NCBI GenBank assembly: GCA_036676495.1
Contig: JAKFCT010000029.1
Span: 64,001 to 128,000 of the forward strand
DNA: 64,000 nucleotides
Origin: Candidatus Sericytochromatia bacterium
Lineage (GTDB): Bacteria > Cyanobacteriota > Sericytochromatia > S15B-MN24 > UBA4093
Reading direction: 5' to 3'
A program made the translations under genes and the position numbers. The notes beneath the pieces are model-generated. The model was not told where the DNA came from. It saw nothing but the letters and a program-made list of their open reading frames with translations, and made no database searches. Numbering within the stretch: position 1 is the first letter of the stretch; the number at the start of each line of letters is the position of its first letter. Positions 56,730-64,000 of the stretch are shown piece by piece.

Positions 56730-57428
56730 GTGTCGGGTGAAATTGCAGTCAAGGGTTGGCGGAATGGCCTGCTGCTCGTCCTGCCGGCGGAAGGCCCGTG
56801 GACCGAGGTGGTCTCGGGCCTCGAGGACAAGCTCGAGGAGGCCAAGACCAAGACCTTCTGGCAAGGAGCCCAGACGACGCTCGATCTGGGCGATCGCCCC
56901 GTCTCGGAGCCCGAGCTCGAATCGCTGATCGGCCGCCTCAAGGGCGATTACGGCCTCGTGCCCATGGCCATCGTCGCGGCCTACGCCCCCACCCGGGACG
57001 GCGCCAGCAAGCTCGGCCTCACCCCGCATGACAAGCTCCCGGCTCCCGAGAAGGTCGAGAAGACCGAGAAGCCCGACAACGAGGCGCCCGCGTTCCCCCC
57101 GAACAACGCCCTCTACCTCCGGCAGACCGTGCGCTCCGGCCAGCGCCTCCAGCATGACGGTCACCTCGTCATCTCCGGCGACGTCAACGCCGGGGCCGAG
57201 GTCGTCGCCGGCGGCGACATCGTGGTCTTCGGCACCCTGCGCGGGGTGGCCCACGCCGGCGCGTCCGGAGACGAAGGCGCCCGCATCATCGCCACCAACC
57301 TGCGCCCCACCCAGATCCGCATCGCCGGCCTGATCGCCCGCTCTCCGGACGCCGGAGCGCCCCCCCTCAGCAAGTCTCCGGAAATCGCCTCCATCAAGGA
57401 CGGCGAAATCCACATCTCTCCCCTTTAA
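56730..57428 (+). CDS. minC: Septum site-determining protein MinC
   Basis: GGAGG RBS; VKG...GL, TVRSGQ, GDVN.GAEV.A.G, G.LRG.AHAG, PTQIRIA. Confidence 0.95.
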   Translation: MSGEIAVKGWRNGLLLVLPAEGPWTEVVSGLEDKLEEAKTKTFWQGAQTTLDLGDRPVSEPELESLIGRLKGDYGLVPMAIVAAYAPTRDGASKLGLTPHDKLPAPEKVEKTEKPDNEAPAFPPNNALYLRQTVRSGQRLQHDGHLVISGDVNAGAEVVAGGDIVVFGTLRGVAHAGASGDEGARIIATNLRPTQIRIAGLIARSPDAGAPPLSKSPEIASIKDGEIHISPL

Positions 57429-57455
57429 CCGGGACCAACAGGAGGAACCAACGCA

Positions 57456-58265
57456 ATGTCTACCGCAAAGGTAATCGTCATCACGTCCGGAAAGGGAGGG
57501 GTCGGCAAGACCACCACCACCGCGAACCTGGGCATGGCGCTGGCGTCGATGGGGGAGAAGGTCGCCCTCTTGGATGCTGATATCGGGCTGCGCAACCTCG
57601 ACCTGGTCCTCGGCCTCGAGAACCGCATCGTCTACGACATCGTCGATGTCGTCGAAGGCCGCTGCAAGCTGCGCTCGGCCCTCATCAAGGACAAGCGCAT
57701 GCAGAACCTCGGCCTCCTGCCCGCGGCCCAGACCCGCGACAAGAACGCCGTCACCCCCGAGCAGATGATCCAGCTCGTCGCCGACCTCCAGGAGGAAGGC
57801 TACACCTTCATCCTGATCGACTGCCCCGCCGGCATCGAACAGGGCTTCAAGAACGCCACCGCCGGGGCCAACCAGGCCATCGTCGTCACCAACCCCGAGG
57901 TCTCCTCGGTCCGTGACGCCGACCGGATCGTCGGCCTCCTCGAAGCCCAGGAGCTGCGCGATCCCATGCTGATCGTCAACCGCCTCCGCCCCAAGATGGT
58001 CAAGAACAACGAGATGCTCGGCGTCGAGGACGTTCAAGAGGTGCTCGGCAACTCGGTCAAGCTTTTGGGCATCGTCCCGGATGACGAGACCATCATCACC
58101 TCCACCAACAAGGGCGAACCCGCCTCCCTCATCGAGGACTCCAAGGCCGGCCAGGCCTACCGGAACATCGCTCGCCGCCTCCGGGGCGAAGAGGTCCCCT
58201 TCATGAACCTCGAGGAAGACAACAGCTTCTTCGGCAAGATCAAGAAGTTCTTCGTCGCAGGCTAG
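57456..58265 (+). CDS. minD: Septum site-determining protein MinD
   Basis: SGKGGVGKTTT, DIGLRNLD, DCPAGIE, VRDADR; amphipathic C-tail FFGKIKKFF. Confidence 0.98.
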   Translation: MSTAKVIVITSGKGGVGKTTTTANLGMALASMGEKVALLDADIGLRNLDLVLGLENRIVYDIVDVVEGRCKLRSALIKDKRMQNLGLLPAAQTRDKNAVTPEQMIQLVADLQEEGYTFILIDCPAGIEQGFKNATAGANQAIVVTNPEVSSVRDADRIVGLLEAQELRDPMLIVNRLRPKMVKNNEMLGVEDVQEVLGNSVKLLGIVPDDETIITSTNKGEPASLIEDSKAGQAYRNIARRLRGEEVPFMNLEEDNSFFGKIKKFFVAG

Positions 58266-58285
58266 ACCAGGAAGGAGAGAGTCCC

Positions 58286-58585
58286 ATGTTCCCGTCATTC
58301 CTCGAGAAGTTGCTCGGCAAGACCGATAACTCGGCCAAGACCGTCGCCAAGGACCGCCTCCGGCTCGTCCTCATGCACGATCGCGCCGACATCCCCGGTC
58401 CCATGATGGAAGAGATGCGCAAGGAACTGCTCACCGTCCTCTCGAAGTACGTCGAGATCGACGAGAGCGCCCTCGAGGTCAGCCTCGACCGCGCCGACGA
58501 CACCGTCGCCTTGATGGCCAACATCCCCATCCGCCGCGTCCGCCCCGAGAAGATCGAAGCGAACGAGGCCGAGCTCAAGGCCTAG
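58286..58585 (+). CDS. minE: Cell division topological specificity factor MinE
   Basis: SA..AKDRLRLVL.HDR, ELL.VLSKYVEID, L.ANIPI. Confidence 0.96.
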   Translation: MFPSFLEKLLGKTDNSAKTVAKDRLRLVLMHDRADIPGPMMEEMRKELLTVLSKYVEIDESALEVSLDRADDTVALMANIPIRRVRPEKIEANEAELKA

Positions 58586-58665
58586 CGCAACCCCTCGCAG
58601 GCGCCTGCGCTCGCCGTTCGCGCCTGCGGCCACCTGGTTACGACCGCTAGAAGGACAGGTACCCC

Positions 58666-59925
58666 GTGATCCTCCCGAACCTCAGCCGATCCTGGAGGCA
58701 TTTCGACGTCTGGCTCATGCTGGGCGTCATCGGGGTGATCGCCTTCGGCATCGTCGCCATCTACTCGGCCAACCCCCGGGCGGCCTTCCAGCAACTGGCC
58801 ATCAACCTCCCCATGGCCCTCGTCCCCTTCTCGCTCTTCGTGCTCTGGGGCTACAACTGGCTGGAGGGACGCACCGCCTGGATCCTCTACGGCGTCATGG
58901 TCGTGCTCCTGATCGCCGTCGACGTCACGGGCCACTCGGCGCTGGGCGCCCAGCGCTGGCTCTCCATCGGCCCCGTCAAGATCCAGCCCTCCGAGTACGC
59001 CAAGCTGGGCCTGATCGTCATCCTCGCCAAGGTCCTCTCCCAGCGCAGCGTCCACTCTCCGGAAGGCTTCATGATCCCCATGCTCACCGTGGGAGTGCCC
59101 TTCCTCCTGATCTTCGCCCAGCCCGACCTCGGCACCTCCCTGGTCTTCGTCGCCATCACCCTCGGCATGCTCTTCTGGGCCGGCCTCCCCGTCTCGACCC
59201 TCTTCAAGATGGTCTCCCCCGTCGTCGCCCTCATCATCTGCATGCCCCAGGTCCTCTTCGAAGACCCCAACGTCTATCGCGCCAGCCTGATCCTCCTCAG
59301 CGTCTACCTCGGCGGCCTCGGCCTCTGGCTCTGGCAGACCCGCAAGCAGCACTGGCTCGTCCCCGCGGGAGTCTGGCTCGCCAACCTCGGCGCGGGCCTC
59401 GCCGTCCCCGTCGCATGGGGCATCCTCAAGGAGTACCAGAAGAACCGCATCCGCACCTTCGTCAGCCCGGAAGCGGATCCCCTGGGCACGGGCTACCACG
59501 TCATCCAGTCCAAGATCGCCATCGGCTCGGGCGGACTCTTCGGCAAGGGCCTCCTGGAAGGCACCCAGACCCAGCTTCACTTCATCCCCGAACAGCACAC
59601 GGACTTCGTCTTCTCGGTGGTGGGAGAGGAGATGGGACTGCTCGGAGGCCTGCTCCTGCTCGCCCTCTACGTGACCGTGATCATCCGGGCCATCCTCATC
59701 GCCAACAACGCCAAGGACCGCTTCGGCTCGCTCCTCGCCAGCGGCGTCGCCTCGATGCTGCTCTTCCACATGTTCGTGAACCTCTGCATGGCCATGGGGC
59801 TCATGCCGGTGGTCGGCATCCCGCTTCCCATGATGAGCTACGGCGGCTCGGCCTTGATGACCAACCTCACCGCCATCGGCCTGCTTCAAGCTATCAGCAT
59901 GCGGCGAAAGAAGCTGCTCTTCTAG
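58666..59925 (+). CDS. rodA: SEDS peptidoglycan glycosyltransferase RodA
   Basis: GAQRW, QPSE..K, QPDLGT, GYH..QS.IAIGSGG, PEQHTDF.F, G.PLP..SYGGS. Confidence 0.95.
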   Translation: MILPNLSRSWRHFDVWLMLGVIGVIAFGIVAIYSANPRAAFQQLAINLPMALVPFSLFVLWGYNWLEGRTAWILYGVMVVLLIAVDVTGHSALGAQRWLSIGPVKIQPSEYAKLGLIVILAKVLSQRSVHSPEGFMIPMLTVGVPFLLIFAQPDLGTSLVFVAITLGMLFWAGLPVSTLFKMVSPVVALIICMPQVLFEDPNVYRASLILLSVYLGGLGLWLWQTRKQHWLVPAGVWLANLGAGLAVPVAWGILKEYQKNRIRTFVSPEADPLGTGYHVIQSKIAIGSGGLFGKGLLEGTQTQLHFIPEQHTDFVFSVVGEEMGLLGGLLLLALYVTVIIRAILIANNAKDRFGSLLASGVASMLLFHMFVNLCMAMGLMPVVGIPLPMMSYGGSALMTNLTAIGLLQAISMRRKKLLF

Positions 59926-59969
59926 GCTATAATGAGTGCCTCCGGGCCACGCTCGAAGGGATAGCTTCC

Positions 59970-61226
59970 ATGCCCCACCCGCTCTGGCTGGGCGTCCTCA
60001 TCGCCCTCTTCATGACCACGGCCTGCGCCCCCCGCCTTACCCCGATCGCCTGGGACGAGGATCGTCCCATCATCGGCTCGGATCTCCGGCGGGTGATTGC
60101 ATCGTCCAGCCGGCTTCCCGTCACCACCAACAACTACGTCCGCTTCCACCACGGAGGCGAGGCGGCGCATGACGCGATCTTCCGCCTGATCGAAGACGCC
60201 CAGGCCTCGCTGTACGTCGAGATGTTCATCTTCCGCGACGATCCGACGGGCCGCGAGGTCGCCGACGCCCTGATCCAGCGGCGCCGGGACGGAGTCGACG
60301 TCCGGGTCCGCCTCGACTCGCTCGGCATCGAGTACGGCCGCACCGATTACCGCATCATGAACCGGCTCAAGGAAGGCGGGGTCTCCGTCCAGATCAACAA
60401 CCCCTGGTACCTGAGCCCGTTCGGCTTCAACGTCACCCACCGCAAGCTCTTCATCGCGGACGGCTACCGGGTCCTCACCGGCGGCGTCAACATCGGGGAC
60501 GATTACCGCTACCGCTACGAAGATGTGATGATCGAGGTCTGGGGAGCCGCTGCCCGCCAGATCACCCTCACCTTCGCCGATTCCTGGGGCGAGGACCTGC
60601 TCGCCCGCTGGAAGGAGCCCCCCACCGTGGACGTCCAAAACGTCTCCGCCGGCACGCTGGTCGTTCCCTGGGGAGACGAGCCCCTCCAGGTCGCCCTGAC
60701 CGCCCCTGGATCTCCGCTGGGCAACGAGATCCGCCGCGCCTACCTCTCGGCGATCAACGGCTCCCGCCACCATGTCGACGTGGCCTTCCCGTACCTCTGG
60801 GACGATGCCCTGATCGAGGCGCTCGCAAGAGCCTGCCAGCGCGGAGTCCGCGTGCGCGTGCTCCTGCCCGACTGGACCAGCTACGACATCTTCCATCTCC
60901 TCAACGTGAGCAACGCCCAGGCCCTCGCCGCCGCGGGAGCTCAGGTCTCCACGTACCGCGAACGCTTCCTGCATCTCAAGTACCTGGCCATCGACGATGC
61001 CTGGGCCAGCATCGGCTCCGCCAACGGAGACACCCGCTCCTTGGTCGAGAACCTCGAGCTCAATCTCTTCTTTCACAAGGATGCGACCGCCCGGACGCTT
61101 CGCAGCTCGATCTTCGAGCGGCTCTGGAGCGCGTCGAGCCGGGCCGATCAGCCGGCTTCCTTCGCCATCCCCTCCGAGCGCCAGTGGCTCGTCCCCCTGC
61201 TCGAAGGACTCGATCACTGGTTCTAA
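59970..61226 (+). CDS. Cardiolipin-synthase-like phospholipase D (two HKD motifs), probable lipoprotein
   Basis: HRKLFIADG..TGGVNI and HLKYLAIDD..IGSAN; lipobox TTA-C; TATAAT at 59928. Confidence 0.88.
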   Translation: MPHPLWLGVLIALFMTTACAPRLTPIAWDEDRPIIGSDLRRVIASSSRLPVTTNNYVRFHHGGEAAHDAIFRLIEDAQASLYVEMFIFRDDPTGREVADALIQRRRDGVDVRVRLDSLGIEYGRTDYRIMNRLKEGGVSVQINNPWYLSPFGFNVTHRKLFIADGYRVLTGGVNIGDDYRYRYEDVMIEVWGAAARQITLTFADSWGEDLLARWKEPPTVDVQNVSAGTLVVPWGDEPLQVALTAPGSPLGNEIRRAYLSAINGSRHHVDVAFPYLWDDALIEALARACQRGVRVRVLLPDWTSYDIFHLLNVSNAQALAAAGAQVSTYRERFLHLKYLAIDDAWASIGSANGDTRSLVENLELNLFFHKDATARTLRSSIFERLWSASSRADQPASFAIPSERQWLVPLLEGLDHWF

Positions 61227-61235
61227 GCGGGTCTT

Positions 61236-61390
61236 GTTCGAAATGGACGTCTGGTTGCCTTGTGCAAGTTTGAGGAGAGGCGCAACCCATCCGTCACTCC
61301 CGCGAAAGCGGGAGTCCAGCTGGATTCCCGCTTTCGCGGGAATGACGACCAGGGCGCGTTTCCTTCAGCAATCAGACGTTCGGCGCGAAC
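61236..61390. repeat. MITE/BIME-like composite: 23-bp imperfect inverted repeats around a 56-bp REP palindrome
   Basis: Arms GTTCGaaatgGACGTCTGGTTGC (61236-58) and GCAATCAGACGTTCggcgCGAAC (61368-90); core CGTCACTCCCGCGAAAGCGGGAGTCCAG-CTGGATTCCCGCTTTCGCGGGAATGACG (61292-61347). Confidence 0.7.
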
Positions 61391-61428
61391 TGCTTCTGCT
61401 TAGCGCGATGGTCGTTGCGACAGGTCAG

Positions 61429-64000
61429 CTAGCGCTCGCTGTCGGCCACCGGCAGCGTGAAGCGAAACGTGCTGCCCTGGCCGGGAGTCGAGCTCACCTC
61501 GATCGTCCCGCCATGCGCCTCCACCAGGCTCTTGGTGATCGAGAGCCCCAGGCCCGTGCCGCCCGCCTTCTTGCCCGCCTCTGACTGGTAGAAGCGCTCG
61601 AACATGTGCGGCAGGTCCTTCCGAGGAATCCCCACCCCGGAATCGGAAACCTCGGTCACGACCATGAGGCCCTCCAGATACGCCCGCACGCGGATGCGCC
61701 CCCCCTCCGGAGTGAACTTCAGCGCGTTGGAGAGCAGGTTGCTGAGGATCTGGATCACCCGGTCCGGATCCGCCTGGACGAGCGGAAGATCCGGAGCGAG
61801 CTCGACGGCGACGTCGAGGTTCTTCTTGGCCATGGCGGGCCGGAAGGTGTTGACCGCGCTGTTGAGGACGTCCGAGTAGGCCATCGGGCGAGGGTCGATC
61901 TTGAACTTCCCGGCTTCCATGCGGGCAAAGTCCAGGAGCTCGTTGAGCAGGCCCGTCATCCGCTCCGCCTGCTGGGTGATCTGCTGGGCGAAGTCCATCT
62001 GCTCGGCGCTGAGGGTTCCCCCCACCCCGTCCTCGAGGAACTCCGCGTAGCCCATGATGCCCGTCAAGGGGATGCGCAGGTCATGGGAGACGGCGTTGAG
62101 GAAGGCGCCCTTGACCCGGTCGAGGTTTCGCAGCTCGTCGATGGCCTTGGAGAGCTTCTCGTTGGCCTGCGCGAGGCGGTCCCGCTCTTGGGCCAGCTCC
62201 TCGGTCCGCAGCCTCACCCGATCCTCGAGGTCGGCCTTGAGCATCGCGTTCGAGAGGGCGATCGCCAGCTCGTTGGCCATGACCCCCATCACCCGCAGGA
62301 ACGCCTCCGAGAGATGAACGGTCTGGGCCTTGACCCCGATGGCCAGGACCCCCAGAAGCTCGTTCTCGAAGACGATGGGGATGTAGGCCACTTCCCGGCA
62401 ATTCGACGCTCGGAGCAACGGATCGGTCGCGGCTTCCGGCTCTCCCGCCCTGATCAGGCGACTCTCCCGACGATGCAGGGCCTCGTAAAGGGCCGTGCCT
62501 GCGACCGGCTCCAGGCCGGCCGAGGTCAGCTTGAAGCCTTGGTCGCAAGCCAGGCGAAGCGACCCGCCGTCCACCAGGAGAACCGCCACATGGTCGAGGT
62601 GGAATTCCTCCTGGATGAGCTGGCAGATGGCGCGCGTCAGGGTCGGGGTTTCCGTCTCCGTCACCAGGATCTCGGCCGCTTCGTTGAGGAAGGAGAGCTC
62701 TCTCAGGCGTCTCGCCAGCTCCTCCTGGTTGGCCTGAAGGCTTTCCTCCAGCTCCTGAAACGCCTCCATGACGTCCGGGAGGAGTTGCTCGGAGACCGGG
62801 AAGCGGTCCTGAACGATGCGGCTCGCGCCATCGTGGCCCAGCGGGCCCCTCAGCACCCGCTCGAGCCCGTTTCGGATCATCAGGAGCTTGGACTCGCCGG
62901 GCAGGTCGAGATCCGCGATGCGCGACTGGATGCTGCGGGCCTCGGCTTCTGCCCGCTCGTCCCCCATGAAGGCGCTCAGGAACTCCTGGACGTCTCCAGG
63001 ATTGAGGACCGCCCGGAGCTGCTGCTGGGAAGGCAAGGGTGAGGCCTCCCCCTCCAGCAAGCTCCGGACCCGTGCTTCCTCGACACGATTCTCCGGCATG
63101 CGCAGCGCGAGGAGGAAGGTGGCCGCGAGGTTCATCGCGATGCTCCAGAAGAAGCAGTGGGCGTACGGATCCCAGCCGGTCATCCCGAAGAGGGCCGTGG
63201 GGCGCAGAAAGGCCAGGCCCCAGGGCCCGTTCGACATCACGGCGTCGAGGCCCGGGTACGCCTCGGCGACCACCGGGAGGATGCCGGTGTAGAGCCAGGT
63301 TGCCAGACCGAGGGCATTTCCCCAGAGGACCGCCGGGCCCTGAAGCCGGGGAAAGAGCAACCCGAGCAAGACGGCGGGGGCGACCAGCGCCGTCGCGATC
63401 ATGGCGAGGAAGCCGTATTGACTGAGGTAATCGAGGCGGGTGAAGGTCCAGACCCCCCAGGCCAGGAAGGCGAGCAGCGCGATGATCGCCCAGCGGATCG
63501 GGCGCAGCCAAGGGGCGAGCCGGGCTCCCATCCCGGAAAGGGGCGGCAGGACCAGGTTGGTCATGATCAGATTCGCCAGCGCGGTGAGGGAGACGATCAT
63601 CATCGAGGCGGACGCCGAGACCCCTCCCAGGTAGCCGACCACGGCCATGGTGGGTGCCCCGGCCAGTTCGGGAACCCAGATCGCAACCCCTTCGAGCTCC
63701 CCCCCCACGAGGCCGAGCCGGGCTCCGGCCCATGCGATCAAGGTCGCGAAGACCGTGAGGAGGACCGTCAAGAGCGGGAAGATCCAGCGGGCCCAAAGGA
63801 GCTGCCGCTCGCTGACGTTCTCCACCACCGTCAGGTGGAACATCCGGGGCAGGAGGATGGCGGTGGTCATGCCGATCATGAGGTAGGCGATGCTGGCCGG
63901 GTAGGGGTTTGCAGGGGGACCGATCTCCAGGGTGGGCCAGGCCGCGCTCGCGCGAAACAGCTCGGGAAAGCTGACGACGACCAGCAGGGCCACGGCTCCC
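61429..64000 (-). CDS. SLC5/SSS transporter-STAC-GAF-histidine kinase fusion (CbrA/CrbS-like); 5' end lies outside the window
   Basis: LLPRMFH.TVVEN and GG.SA..SM.IV TM region; STAC-like helices (ERVL.G.LG..GAS.IV); GAF; SHDLRIPLT, NLLSNALKFT, DSGVGI, GTGLGL. Confidence 0.9.
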   Translation of the reverse strand, partial: GAVALLVVVSFPELFRASAAWPTLEIGPPANPYPASIAYLMIGMTTAILLPRMFHLTVVENVSERQLLWARWIFPLLTVLLTVFATLIAWAGARLGLVGGELEGVAIWVPELAGAPTMAVVGYLGGVSASASMMIVSLTALANLIMTNLVLPPLSGMGARLAPWLRPIRWAIIALLAFLAWGVWTFTRLDYLSQYGFLAMIATALVAPAVLLGLLFPRLQGPAVLWGNALGLATWLYTGILPVVAEAYPGLDAVMSNGPWGLAFLRPTALFGMTGWDPYAHCFFWSIAMNLAATFLLALRMPENRVEEARVRSLLEGEASPLPSQQQLRAVLNPGDVQEFLSAFMGDERAEAEARSIQSRIADLDLPGESKLLMIRNGLERVLRGPLGHDGASRIVQDRFPVSEQLLPDVMEAFQELEESLQANQEELARRLRELSFLNEAAEILVTETETPTLTRAICQLIQEEFHLDHVAVLLVDGGSLRLACDQGFKLTSAGLEPVAGTALYEALHRRESRLIRAGEPEAATDPLLRASNCREVAYIPIVFENELLGVLAIGVKAQTVHLSEAFLRVMGVMANELAIALSNAMLKADLEDRVRLRTEELAQERDRLAQANEKLSKAIDELRNLDRVKGAFLNAVSHDLRIPLTGIMGYAEFLEDGVGGTLSAEQMDFAQQITQQAERMTGLLNELLDFARMEAGKFKIDPRPMAYSDVLNSAVNTFRPAMAKKNLDVAVELAPDLPLVQADPDRVIQILSNLLSNALKFTPEGGRIRVRAYLEGLMVVTEVSDSGVGIPRKDLPHMFERFYQSEAGKKAGGTGLGLSITKSLVEAHGGTIEVSSTPGQGSTFRFTLPVADSER

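Overview
This is a GC-rich bacterial chromosomal window, mostly housekeeping, from a diderm (TolC-family protein and porin present). Ycf46, an ABC1 kinase, yggS-sepF-proC-yggT and Pho-box-like TTAA arrays look cyanobacterial. The orders mfd-prsA-mazG/yabN and maf-mreBCD-mrdA-minCDE-rodA look like Firmicutes. A non-photosynthetic relative of cyanobacteria (e.g. Sericytochromatia) fits, but that is inference only. The window holds about 58 CDSs: a 5'-nucleotidase locus, a partial Bat (VWA/TPR) operon, an 8-gene Wzy-type exopolysaccharide operon, ornithine/proline-metabolism genes, the cell shape/division operon and a truncated SLC5-STAC-GAF histidine kinase. I saw no rRNA, tRNA, CRISPR array, transposase or prophage. 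The main leads are: (1) an unrecognised non-coding module (AGCGCCNGCGGCT-N11-13-GCGWAGCT-GACC-NN-TAGAAAC) repeated three times at 49.2 kb and recurring in two other gene leaders; (2) a polysaccharide co-polymerase with an N-terminal degenerate sigma-70 region-2-like domain, in an operon headed by a STAS protein lacking the phospho-Ser; (3) 11-bp-phased TTAA arrays, one preceding a candidate sRNA between convergent genes; (4) a shared YRIQA-like motif in unrelated lipoproteins. All product calls come from motif recognition by eye; no database searches were run.
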